Shown here in pieces: positions 25,085 to 37,400 of a stretch of 64,000 nucleotides of DNA. Both the position numbers and the translations under genes were made by a program. The stretch's first letter is position 1; the number at the start of each line of letters is the position of its first letter. The notes below the pieces were generated by a model. That model was not told the DNA's origin, made no database searches, and saw only the letters and a program-made list of their open reading frames with translations. This DNA comes from Octopus sinensis (taxonomy: Eukaryota): contig NC_042997.1 of NCBI RefSeq assembly GCF_006345805.1, positions 39,370,001-39,434,000 on the forward strand, in the 5' to 3' direction.

Positions 25085-25221
25085 TGTATTTGTGTCTGGT
25101 CTTTGCGACATTGACTGTGAGCTTGCTAAGAAATATATTAGTTGAGTTTTCAAAAAGAAAGCACAATTATTTCCAGGTAGAAGGTTTTTATTTCTATTTA
25201 CTGCTATATTTATGTAATTAT

Positions 25222-25521
25222 GTGGAGGCGCAATGGCCTAGTGGTTAGGGCAGCGGACTCGCGGTCATAGGATCGCGGTTTCGATTCCTAGACTGGGCGT
25301 TGTGAGTGTTTATTGAGCGAAAACACCTAAAAGCTCCACGAGGCTCCGGCAGGGGGTGGTGATCCCTGCTGTACTCTTTCACCACAACTTTCTCTCACTC
25401 TTTCTTCTGTTGGCCTGCTCGCTTAGCCAGCGGGGTGGCGTCATTCGAAGGCTAAAACAATGCGAAGTGCATTGTGACCAGTGATGTGTAGCAACATCTG
25501 ATAGCCTGGTCGGTCACGGTG
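25222..25521 (+). mobile_element. tRNA-derived SINE family D, tail type 1
   Basis: tRNA-like head gtggaggcgcaatggcctagtggttagg..gtttcgattcc. 12-bp TSD atttatgtaatt (25208-25219, 25522-25533). Confidence 0.9.
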
Positions 25522-26442
25522 ATTTATGTAATTTTAAGAACAACTTTTTTTATTTTTACATTTACATTATTTTATGATTTCATGATAAACCTGAATGTTT
25601 CTTAAAGGTTAAATGTTGTATTGAACTTGTTCTTCATCAAAGTTGGCAGGTTTTTCCTTTCATAGGTTTTTTTTTTTCCGTATTTTTGATGAGCTTTCCC
25701 TTGTTGAAGAAAGGATTTGACATTTTCTTGATCTTGATAGTTAATTGTAAATATGTAAGTTGTTGCCATGGTACTAGGTTAGTACTTTGCTTTTGTAATC
25801 ACAGTAGATGCTTGGTTTAATTTTGAGGGTTAGTATTTATTTTCAGTGAGATTAAACATTTTTTGTTTTTTCATGTAGTTACATTACTTGTACATCTGTA
25901 GTTTTATTGATACCTCTATAGCAATAAATACTAGGAGAATTGAACATTAAAAGTTATCATAGTCCAGTGATTCCCAGTTTTATCTTTAGCCCACATCCCA
26001 AGGAAATATTTAATTAATTTTCACACTCCTACAAAAATTATGTCACACTTGAAAATGAAATTGTTAATTTTCCTAATTGCTGATATATATTTTTTAACTG
26101 AACAACATACATTTCTTTGGATGAACAAACTGAACTGAGAAAAATATCTTTTGGTTGACTACAGAGCAATTAGAAAAAGCTTTCAGTAGTGAAACCAGTC
26201 AATGATGAAGGCTTTCCTTTTGTTGATTTCAGTCACAATTGTCAACATAAAATTCAACGAAGCTTCTCATTCGTGACTTTATCAAAACTCGAGACTTCCT
26301 TGTTGGTTGTGGATTACAGGTCTGCTTGTGGATTCTAAGATTTCGTCTTGCTTGACAAAAGGGAACTGAATACAGATTCACGCAAGTATGTCGTTCCATA
26401 TAGAATGAGGACAAAGGTTTTGGTTAAATAAATCTGCATGTA

Positions 26443-26824
26443 GGAGCACTCCGCCGGTTATGACGATGAGGGTCCCAGCTGATACGATCAATGGAACAGC
26501 TTGCTCGTGGAATTAACGTGCAAGTGGCTGAGCATTCCACAGACACGTGTACCCTTAACGTACTTCTCGAGGAGATTCAGTGTGACACAGAGTGTGACAA
26601 GGCTGGCCCTTTGAAATACAGGTACAACAGAAACAGGAAGAAAGAGTGAGAGGAAGTTGTGGTGAAGGAGTACAGCAGGGTTCACCACCACCCCCTGCAG
26701 GAGCCTTGTGAAGCTTTAGGTGTTTTCGCTCAATAAACACTCACAATGCCCGGTCTGGGAATCAAAACCGCGACCCTATGACCGCGAGTCCGCTGCCCTA
26801 ACCACTGGGCCATTGCGCCTCCAC
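26443..26824 (-). mobile_element. SINE family D, tail type 2
   Basis: 13-bp TSD aaatctgcatgta (26430-26442, 26825-26837). Confidence 0.9.
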
Positions 26825-27146
26825 AAATCTGCATGTATTGAGTAATGGAGTTCTTAGTTGCTGCCAGAATTTCAAGTTATCTATAATATAATAGGGAATG
26901 TTTCCAGTTCATTCTATTGATTACCTGGTTTATCTCTTTTCACTTTTATTAGCCTTTCAGTTCAACTTTCTGACTGTTCTGTCAGTTTTTGTAAACATTT
27001 ATATCCAAATTTGTATGACATTGCTATCAGCTGTATTGAAGAAACCAGGAAAGAAGGATGTCATGTAACTGATAAAATTTTGAGTTTTTTGACTGAAGTT
27101 CTGCATCTGTTGTCTTTCCATTTATTTTGCAGTGTGGTAGGAAGTC

Positions 27147-27580
27147 ATCATCATCATCATCATTTAGCGTCCGTTCTCCATGCTAGCATGGGTTGGACGG
27201 TTCAACTGGGGTCTGTGAAGCTGGAAGGCTTCATCAGGCCCAGTCAGATCTGGCAGTGTTTCTACGGCTGGATGCCCTTCCTAACGCCAACCACTCCGTG
27301 AGTGTAGTGGGTGCTTTTTACGTGCCACCCACACAGGTGCCAGACAGAGCTGGCAAACGGCCACGAATGGCTGGTGCTTTTACGTGCCACCAACACGGGG
27401 GCCAGGCAGAGCTGGCAAACGGCCACGAAACGGATGGTGCTTTTACGTGTCACCGGCACGGGGGCCAGGCGAGGCTGGCAACGGACACGAACAGATGGTG
27501 CTTTTACGTTCCACCAACACGGGGGCCAGACAGAGCTGGCAGACGGCCACGAAACGGATGGTGCTTTTACGTGTCACCGG
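27147..27580 (-). mobile_element. Family C element with ~5-unit array
   Basis: (CAT)n end, conserved body, repeated ggtgcttttacgtg(c/t)cac units. Confidence 0.85.
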
Positions 27581-27825
27581 AGATAATCTCAGAGATTATT
27601 GCACATTTCAATTAATCAATGATGAAGGCTTTCCTTTTGTTGATTTCAGTTTTAACAGTTTATTCCTGTTTACTATTATATACTATGTCAGTATTTAAAA
27701 CACTTAGTGCTGATATAAAATGAAGGGCAACAAATAGACACCTTTATATTTACTTTTTATTTTCCACAAAGGATTCAATGTTTGTCCTGTCTTACACTTT
27801 CCACTGCCAGTTTTGTCTGATGCTA

Positions 27826-28290
27826 TCATCATCATTGTTCGACCATGGTCGAGACAATGGAATTTACCATGCTACGCCAGACTTCAGTCCATCATGGCAT
27901 TACGGAGGTCCTGTTGCTGGATGCCTGTATCCCTGGCGATTACATCAGGGTAGGAGAGTGTGTGCCCTCTGGTATTGCGAGTAGATGGCTTCCAGAGGAG
28001 AAGAGTAGAAATTGCCTCGTTTTCAGCTCTACAACAATGTCCAGCAAACTGGACTCTCCTACATTTCACAAGAGATGACACAGGTGGTAGTTTCCCATGT
28101 ATTTGCATTTTGGTTGGATAGTGCTTCCACAAGAGATTTTGAGCTCTCATAAGGAGGCGAGTGTAGGTTCCATCCAACTGCCTCTCAAGCTTCTTTGATA
28201 ACGTCCAGGTTTCTGAGCCGTATAGTAGAATTGGTTCGACTGTGGCTTTAAAGATTTCAAGTTTGAAGTCTCTACTTAGATTTGATGACC
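27826..28290 (-). mobile_element. RTE-clade LINE 3' end
   Basis: Reads FKATVEPILLYGSETWTL..RRVQFAGHCCR, with a (GAT)n-like tail. Homologous to 8893-9284. Confidence 0.85.
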
Positions 28291-28361
28291 AAGAATCTTT
28301 CTGCAGACATCAACTTTCAATATGAAGTTTTTTAGAACTTTCCTATAGTGATCTAATAGCC

Positions 28362-28557
28362 TTAACTCTTTAGCATTCAGATTATTCTGTCAAGTAATCG
28401 TGCATTATTTTGTAGCTTTGAGAGTTTGATGATAAGATTATCTATTTTTAGAATGGTTTTGTAGAGTAAGTGTGAGAGGCCTGATTTGACCAGTTTGAGC
28501 ATAAAACAAGTGGAATATTTTGGTCAGATATGACCAGTTTAAATGCTAAAAGGTTAA
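28362..28557. mobile_element. TTAA-flanked MITE family G (ccctttagcatt ends). Further copies at ~28901-29118, 45643-45868, 49578-49790, 50077-50304, 61770-61950
   Basis: TTAA|ctctttagcattcag...aaatgctaaaagg|TTAA. Confidence 0.7.
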
Positions 28558-29659
28558 AATGTTAACATGGATTTATATATGCATAAGCTTAATTTTTGGA
28601 AGAAGGAACACTCATTCACTTCTTGCATTCTAAACAGTTTCTGACACTCTACAGTGCTTTACAATTGAGTATTGTTCTTGTACTCCTGATAGTATACTAG
28701 TTTGGATAATTCAAATCTTATACTGCATCCACAAGGTTATCTATCATTTATCTGTCTTACTGACTTTGTAAATGAATCAAGTATTTACTGTACTCTGTTG
28801 CTCTCAAAAATTATTACTGCATACACAGCTCAATACTTTGTCCTACCCGTTCTGTGTTTCAGTGCTAAATTTAATCTTTTTTGAGAACTACTTCAGTATC
28901 AACCCTTTAGCATTATTCTGACAAAAGTAATGCTTGTTTATTCACAGTTTTGAATTAATCATGCATTTTCTTGTAGCTTTGAAATTTTGATGTAGTAACT
29001 TAATTTTTTTAGAATGAGGTTGTAGGGTTGGTGTAAGAAACCAGACCTGGCCAGTTTGAACATCAAACAGGTAGAATATTTTGGCTGGATATGGCTGGTT
29101 TAAATGCTAAAGGATTAAACGTCTTACTATTATTCTAAATACTTAGAAATCTCCAGTGTATGTATTAACACAGACATTTCCTTATCTTCAACTTTCCTTA
29201 ACATTAACAAATACTTCAAAAATTTTCAGTGTATATCAAATACATACACAGGCACAAATGTGGTTAAGGAATTTGCTTCCCAATGCTGTAGTCCTGGGTT
29301 CAGACCTACTATGTGGCTCTTTGGACAAGTATCTTCTACTAAAATACTGGGTCAATCAAAGCCTTGTGAGTGGATTTGGTAGATGGAAACTGAAAGAAAC
29401 TCATTGTATAATAAATATGTGTGTATGTGCATGTGTTTGAGTGTACCCTTGTCTAGACTTCATTTGAGAGTTATAAATGAGCATCATAGTCATACAAGTT
29501 AAGGTGTTCATTTTTCCCAGAAAATCATGTCTGTCCACAGGGGAATATAAATGCATGGAAACAGGTGTTGGTTGGCAAAAGGAAAGGCATCCAGCTGCAG
29601 AAAATCTGACTCATGCAAGCATCAAAAAGTGGACATTAAATGATGATGATATATATATA

Positions 29660-30022
29660 CCAACCACATGGTTCCGGGTTCAGTCCCACTGCGTGGCACC
29701 TTGGGCAAGTGTCTTCTACTATAGCCTCGGGCCGACTAAAGCTTTGTGAATGGATTTGGTAGACGGAAACTGAAAGAAGCCCGTCATATGTATGTATATA
29801 TATATATGCGTGTGTGTGTTTGTGTGTCTGTGTTTGTCCCCCTAGCATTGCTTGACAACCGATGCTGGTGTGTTTACGTCCCCGTCACTTAGCGGTTCGG
29901 CAAAAGAGACCGATAGAATAAGTACTGGGCTTACAAAAGAATAAGTCCCGGGGTCGAGTTGCTCGATTAAAGGCGGTGCTCCAGCATGGCCGCAGTCAAA
30001 TGACTGAAACAAGTAAAAGAGT
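29660..30022 (+). mobile_element. SINE family B (CORE-like, OR2-like) with internal (TA)n/(TG)n
   Basis: accttgggcaagtgtcttct resembles the CORE domain. Internal microsatellite, tail gcagtcaaatgactgaaacaagtaaaagagt. Confidence 0.8.
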
Positions 30023-30514
30023 ATATATATATATATATATATATTTTGCTTATTAGCCTTTCAACCATTTCATAACTTACTCTCTTTTAAAACTCGGTTT
30101 TGAAAGAAAATTGTCTTTGACAGCAGAAGTAACAACCACTTGTTCCTCATTAATTATTGATATAAAAATCAAACTTCTGTTCTAATTATGTCTTTATAAA
30201 TATGATCCATTTTCATATCACAATGCAGAGTATTGTGTTCTAAGAAGACCAGGAATTTGGATGATACTGTACTATGCAGTAGACTGATAGTATATTTGCA
30301 TATTGGATGTTGATTCATCTTAACTAGGTAGAGCTTTGTCAATGTGAAAGATGTTTTGGTGAAGAAACTTATTTCAGTTTTGCTATGAACTAGTATTTCT
30401 GTGAAAGAATACAAAATCAAGTTGAGTCGTATTGTTTCACAGACAACAGTGCCATTTAGTTCTAAAGTGGTAAGGTTTTTTTTTTGTCTGTGAAAAATAA
30501 GTTTTTTAGAAATG

Positions 30515-31152
30515 TGCTGGTGGCACATAAAAAGCATCATCTGAACGTGGCCGTTGCCAGCCCCGACTCGACTGGCTTCTGTGCTGGTGGCACATAAAAA
30601 GCACCATCCGAACGTGGCCGTTGCCAGTGCCGCCTCGACTGGCTTCTGCCGGTGGCACATAAAAGCACATCCGAACGTGGCCGATGCCAGCGCCGCTCGA
30701 CTGGCTTCTGTGCCGGTGGCACATAAAAAGCACCATCCGAACGTGGTCGATGCCAGTGCCGCTCGACTGGCTTCTGTGCCGGTGGCACATAAAAAGCACC
30801 ATCCGACGTGGTCGATGCCAGTGCCGCTCGACTGGCTTCTGTGCCGGTGGCACATAAAAAGCACCATCCGAACGTGGCCGATGCCAGCGCAGCCTTGACT
30901 GGCTTCCGTGCCGGTGGCACGTTAAAAGCACCAACCAATCGTGGACGATGCTAGATCCCCCCTGGCACCTGTGCTGGTGGCACGTAAAAAGCACGCACTA
31001 CACTCGCGGAGTGGTTGGCGTTAGGAAGGGCATCCAGCTGTAGAAACACTGCCAGATCGGACTGGAGCCTGGTGCAGCCCCTGGCTTCCCAGACTCTGGT
31101 CGAACCGTCCAACCCGTGCTAGCACGGAAAACGAACATTAAACGATGATGAT
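30515..31152 (+). mobile_element. Family C element with the longest array (8 occurrences, ~66-bp period)
   Basis: ggtggcac(a/g)taaaaagcac recurs at ~30519, 30587, 30651, 30715, 30781, 30846, 30914 and 30977, then the body and tail. Confidence 0.9.
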
Positions 31153-33454
31153 TTCCAGGATGTTACGTTTTTAAAATCTGCAGATCACTTTATTATGTTT
31201 ATGCTTGTATTGTTTGACATCATCGTCATCATAAGTCTGTTTTCCATGGGTCAGATGGTTTGACAGGATCTGCACCAGGTTCCATTGTCTGTATCGGCAT
31301 GGTTTCTGCAGCTGGATGCCCTTTCTAATCCCAATCCCTTTACAGAGTGTACTGGGTGCTTTTTATTTTTATGTGGCCCCAACAAATTGTAAAGGGTCTT
31401 CATTTAGTGGCAAGTAATATTATATTAATGACTCACTGTAGCAATATTTGTTGGGTATGTAGTGATTTCTTGGGCCAAGTGTCTCTTTTTTTTTATATAT
31501 AACCCTGAGTTGTCCCATCCATGCCTTGTGAGTGAAACTATGGCTGTCCATCAGCTGGACTCTGCCTGTAGTTCAAGGCCTTGTCTTGCTGATTCAGCTT
31601 AAGTATTATATTAAAGATATACATGTCTGTGGAATATTCGGTCACTTCCTAATTCATTCAGACTGTTAGTTCAGTTGATCAAACAACTGATAACATACAG
31701 TCTGGCTAGAGCGATTATATAAACTGTTTATAAAACACTTTAAAAAATTTTTTAAGAATTTTTTCTTTAGAAAAAAGCTAGAAATCATTGAAATATTGTT
31801 TACATTATTAAACTTGAGCCACTGCTGGTTTTAATTATCACTTCTATTCAGGTATGTGTTAAATTTCTTTGATTCTATTATATATCACTCTATTTATCTG
31901 ATTATAGAAGCAGTGACTTGAGGTTTAAGATAATCTCCATATAGATTTTACTTTTGTTCTTTTATGTTGTGTGGTTTTTATCAAATTGTTTTGGTGTCAG
32001 ATAAAACATATACAAGTAGTACATTGGCTTGTCTAGTAAAGCTTTCATTTCTTTTATAAAGTTGGTAACATTGCTGTTTAATTGTCTTATTTTTATTTAA
32101 TATTGCAATTGGTGAAAAATAACATCATTGATTACAGGTTTCCAATGGGTTAGTTGCTGGTTCACTGCTTGTCTGATGGCGAGAGGTACAAGGGTTGTCT
32201 AACTCAGCAAAACAAAATTCACACAGGGTAATTTTCTTTGAAAGCACCTGTTTTTCAGGTTTCCTCACCGATGTTTACACCTTTTGACTAAAAATACATA
32301 TTTGGATGTCCATATTGATATGTGTGCCCCCCAATATATATATTTTTGTCAATAGATTATTCTTTGTTTGCATTGAGTTCCTTCACATCTAACACCCGGA
32401 AATGGATACTGTGGTATACGTTCTGAATGATATTAATATACACCCCAACACATGCACACACTTGTGACCGGTTTCTACAGTGTTTCCTTGTACAGAATGT
32501 CACGTTTAAAATGTTAGTCAACCTGGAACCATGTGATTGTATAGTGAACTTCTTAACCACACAGCTATTAATCATTTCACCAAATAGAAAAACTTATCTA
32601 GTTCGTTAACTTAATGTTGACACAGATTTTGATATGATTGTTCTATGTTGTCTGAATTGTACCTTCATGATCATTTTGATGTCTGTCTTTCTATCCTGTC
32701 ACAGGTGAATGCATATAATAATTTGTCTTGGTCTTTCATCATCTCTTCTGTGAAGCTTAACACCCTTAGATCTAAGATTATCACTTCTTCCTAAGTCTTC
32801 CTTGGCACTTCTTTTTTCATTGTCCATTCACATTACATGTTCATAAGTGTAACTGGCTTGTTTGAATACATTAGCTGATGTCTGTAATGCCTAGCAACTC
32901 TCATCTCACTTCTGTTTTCTCTCTCTCTCTCTCTCATGCAGTTCATTAGATGTTGCTCATTTAGCCTCTTTCAGTTCTCCACTGATTAGCAACATTCAAT
33001 GCTCAGGTCCTGTTGCTATCAGCATCAGGTTTCATCGATATGCTCCACATAATCTTTCATTATTCACATCATTTATTGTTTTCCTTTAATGTTTGCTTTT
33101 CATGCTGGCTTGGGTGGAACAGTTTGATAGGAGCTGGCAAGGCCAGGAGCTGCATCAGGCTCCATTGTCTGTTTTGGCATGGTTTCTAAAGCAGGATGCC
33201 CTTCCTTATGCCAATCACTATACAGTGTACTGGGTACTTTCTCTGTGGCACCTACACAGAGAGACAAATTCTTTGTTGTCATTTGAGGTAACGGCTTTCT
33301 AAACATACACTGTTTTCTTACTATAACAACTATCCTTTTCATTATAGTCGTCTCCAGAACTAATTAGACCACTTTTCTAACAGAAACTTAACTCCATCTA
33401 TTGAACCATCTTAAATTTCATGGTCTTCATTGGTGCTCTTACTTTTAAATACTT

Positions 33455-33668
33455 GAGACCCCCTTCGGTCATAACTAACGATGTGATTGCACCTAGAAAA
33501 TTACCCTCCCAGGCACAAGTCCGGGCAAGGTTGTTTATGGAAGACCAGCAGTCACCCATGTATACTGGCTGCCTCTCTCCACGCCACCAGTGTTATCCAA
33601 GGGAAAAGCAAAGGTCGATACAGCTTGGCACCTGTGACGTCGCAGCTCATTTCTACAGCTGAATGAAC
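33455..33668 (-). mobile_element. SINE family J fragment
   Basis: Reverse complement of part of 37073-37400. Another fragment at ~12400-12640. Confidence 0.65.
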
Positions 33669-34739
33669 TATTGTACATATAATATATTAGTTCTTTGAAG
33701 GTATGCCACTGATTTTAGACAACTCTTTGCATAGTTATTTTTTTACCATGACTATGTAGTATCAATGCCTACCTATTCCTTTCCTACGTGTTAAGCAAAA
33801 TCAGTTTCTTGATGACTCCAAAATTTTTGTACTTTACAATGAATAGTTCTGCAGCTCAATCTATCTATTTTGCATTAAGAACCAGGTCGTCATCTTATGA
33901 AAATTCTGGAAGACAAACAATCCTGAACTCTTGTGTTACCACCCCAAGAAATATAATGAAGAGGAAGCTGAGGGAAAAGACAAGAAAGTATTAGTTCAGT
34001 AAGATCTGTACTGAACTAATTGCTAACCCTAACATTGTTTACATCATTCCTTGTAATAATGGCTTACACTGTCTTACAAGTCTATATAGACTAGAACTAC
34101 AAATTGGAGGCTGTGTCAAAAGTGTTCTCATGATTGACAAATGCAAAGTTGTTGTTCTTAAGAACTTCTTTTGCGATTATCTCATTAAAATCTAGCATGT
34201 TTTGAAATTTGAATTGTATCTCATCTAAGCTAACCATATCCTGTACTAACTTTGCTAAAACTCTCTCAGCTACTACCAAAATTTGTTGATCTGTTTGAGC
34301 TTTCTGTATTTTCACCCTTCTTTATATTGCTTTTGCCCATCAGTTTTTTTTTCTTTCTAAGTTTTGTCTGGAGGAAAAAGCCGTGTCCATGACCATTACA
34401 TGTCTTTGGAGATAAACACTGTTTACGTGCCACTTGTTGGATACCAAGAGAATGAGAGAAAAAAACATGGAAAGGAATTTCAAAGGGTTGACATTCTGAT
34501 AAGAAAGGACTAGGAATTGTGTTTAGTGAAGAGCCTAGGCTACATTATACAGGTGACAAGAGGAAGAGAGGTGAATGAGTTGGGAGTATCTGGGTGAGGG
34601 CAGAATGTGACCAGCTAAATTTGAGAAGAGGTTGTCATGATCATAGATGTACTGTTGCCAGGTATAAATGTGCTGTCACCTCTGTCAAAGACAGAGGTGG
34701 TAACACATCTATGGCTCTGCACCTGGAGTATGTTAGTAA

Positions 34740-35500
34740 ATAACTTCGTACTAATCAATCAAGTGGCCTGTCTATGTTTAGCAACAACAATCTATTGTTG
34801 GTTTTAGCTGAACTTTGTAGAAATTAGTTGGAGGATGAGGTATGTTCTGTCTCTGAAGAAGGCCAAGCTTTGTGATGCAGTTTTGGCTACATAGATGCAC
34901 TTGAATATGAGGTGTAACATTTGTGGCGACTTTGAGGGTTTTGAATGTGTGCTGTTTAGATTTATGAGTGGGGTTGGATACTCTTTTCTTGATGAATGGT
35001 AATTGCATCTTTGTGCTGTTGAATGAGACATGATTCCATTGAAAGATGTTTTTAAGGCTTCTGTTCATGGAGCTGATGAAAATTCAGTGTGAGGTATGTG
35101 GGTCGCCTGTAGATGACTCTTAGGTGAGGCAGACCACAGGGAAGTAAAGGGTGGCATTATCTGTGCACATGATGGAAGTAGAAGGAGGAAGAGATTTGCC
35201 AGTGTGGGAAAACCAGTTGACAAAATGGTACAAATTGATTAGAAATCATTGATTTAAAAGACAAGAGACAGGTGAAGTTGATAGGTAGACTGTTTTGTCA
35301 GCTGATTTGTATGCTAGATATAGTTGAAAGCTTTGCTGATGTTGAGGACAACAACAATTTTCTCTAAATTCCTGGTGTGTATGGGAGGAGAGTAGGTCTG
35401 TAGTAGATTTAGCTTTATGACAGTAGTATTGATGATCATTAAAGAGGGAAAGAGAATGGAAATATTTGTCACCTGGTTAGGGCCTTGTTCCATCATTATG
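34740..35500 (-). pseudogene. LINE reverse transcriptase relic (CR1/L2/Jockey-like)
   Basis: VLNISKAFNYI (LDISKAFD), QGPNQVTNISILFPSLMIIN (GVPQGSVL.P.LF), WNHVSFNSTK. Confidence 0.65.
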
Positions 35501-35869
35501 ACTGGCCAGTGCTTTTGAAGCTGTTATAATTCTCTCTCTCTCTCTATCAAAATAAACATCATGTAGTGCTATTTGGAAGTTTCACCTAACCTCTCTTTAC
35601 TTCCACATTTTCCTTTTGAGGTTCTTCATCTCCCAGACTCTGTTGAGAGAAACCTTCCATTTTCGCATTTACCAGAAAACAAAATGTTTAGTTTTCTGCC
35701 AAGTACAAAATCAATAAAGTTCTTGGCATTTGAGTGGCTAGTGTTCGTTTGGTTGACTGGTTTTCTGAAATTAGTGTTGCATTACAGTACTCCAAGGGTC
35801 CATATCTTGTACCAGGGTTATAATCTCTGTGTTCACCGGTATACCAATCTGACCCGGCAGGACAAGTGA

Positions 35870-36918
35870 GTCCATAACCTGTGGCCTTCTACATGGGAAG
35901 GAGCCAGCCTACGTATGCATACCTTCCCTTCTTGGGACACAAAACTCTACTTGTGAAGACGTGATGAGGCAAGTGAGGATCAGAATCGAAATCGATCAAT
36001 GGAAATTGCGGATGTGCTACCAGTGCCAGTGGCATGCCAAAACTCTGCTTGTGAAGACCCGTTGAGGCAAGTGACGATCAGAATCGAAATCGATCAATGG
36101 AAATCGATCAATGGAAATTGCAGATGTGTTACCAGTGCCGGTGGCATGTAAGAGAACTTTCCGTTTCGCGACCGTTGCCAGCACCGCCCCGTTTCGTGTC
36201 CGTTGCCAGCCTTGCCTGGCCCTCGTGCCGGTGGCACATAAAAAGCACCATCCGTTCGTGGCCGTTTGCCAGCTCTGTCTGGCACCAGTGCGGGTGGCAC
36301 GTAAAAAGCACCCACTACACTCACGGAGTGGTTGGCGTTAGGAAGGGCATCCAGCCGTAGAAACACTGCCAGATTGACTGGGCCTGATGAAGCCTTCTGG
36401 CTTCACAGACCCCAGTAGAACCGTCCAACCCATGCTAGCATGGAAAACGGACGCTAAACGATGATGATGATGATGATGATGATGATAACTATTGAAATTG
36501 GCAACCTTGATGCCAGCCTCGCCTGGCCTCCGTGCCAGTGGCACGTAAAAAACACCATCCGAGCGTGGCCGTTTGCCAACCTCGTCTGGCACCTGTGTCC
36601 GTGGCACATAAAAAAAAAAAGCACCATCCGAGTGTGGCCATTCGCCAGCCTCATCTGGCACCTGTGTCGGTGGCACATAACAAAAAAACACCATCCGAGC
36701 GTGGCCGTTCGCCAGCCTCGTCTGGCACCTGTGTCGGTGGCACATAAAAAGCATCCACTACACTCACGGAGTGGTTGGCATTAGGAAGGGCATCCAGCTG
36801 TAGAAACACTGCCAGATCTGACTGGCCTGGTGCAGCCTTCTGGCTTCCCAGACCCCAGTTGAACCGTCCATCCTATGCTAGCATGGAAAGCGGACGTTAA
36901 ACGATGATGATGATGATG
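35870..36918 (+). mobile_element. Head-to-tail dimer of family C, first copy with 5' leader and 98-bp internal duplication
   Basis: Copy 1 ends in (GAT)n at ~36482. Copy 2 runs ~36500-36918. The leader block is repeated at 35941 and 36039. Confidence 0.85.
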
Positions 36919-37072
36919 GTATCACTGCTGTTTGTTCTTAAGGCTGACTGAAAAAGTGTGTCTTTGTTCATCTGTCAATCCTGTTCATTTGCATAAGTTG
37001 AGGTCATAAATGCTGTCATTTTACCTGTTACTAATCAGAACATTTTAAATTCTATCAATACTTCAACTATGA

Positions 37073-37400
37073 AGGCACATGGCTCAGTGGTTAGAGCGTT
37101 GGACTCAAAATAATGAGGTAGTGAGTTTGATACCTGGACCAGGATATGCATTGTGTTCTTGAGCAAGACACTTTATTTTCATGTTGCTCCTGTTCACTCA
37201 GCTGTAGAAATGAGTTGTGACATCACTGGTGCTCAGCTGTATTGGCCTTTGCCTTGAATAACATTGGTGATGTGTAGAGGGGAGGCTGGTATGCATGGGC
37301 GACTGCTGGTCTTCCATAAACAACCTTACCTGGACTTGTGCCTCGGAGGGGAACTTTCCTGGTGAAATCCCATGGTCATTCATGACTGAAGTGGGCATTT
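37073..37400 (+). mobile_element. tRNA-derived SINE family J
   Basis: Head ggcacatggctcagtggttagagcg..gagtttgatacc, then a CORE-like cttgagcaagacacttta. Confidence 0.7.

Noticed and set aside
25222-25300. tRNA gene (also 26745-26824, 49240-49315, 53644-53720)
   Set aside because: These are SINE heads: there is no proper acceptor stem, they continue into the SINE body, and they are flanked by TSDs.
30169-30994. Long ORFs (232, 162, 133 aa) and similar ORFs over family B, C and D copies
   Set aside because: They are open frames produced by GC-rich tandem units or microsatellites, with no splice or homology support.
30515-31000. CRISPR-like repeat/spacer pattern in family C arrays
   Set aside because: The apparent spacers are homologous to each other, the arrays are part of a dispersed eukaryotic retroelement, and there are no cas genes.
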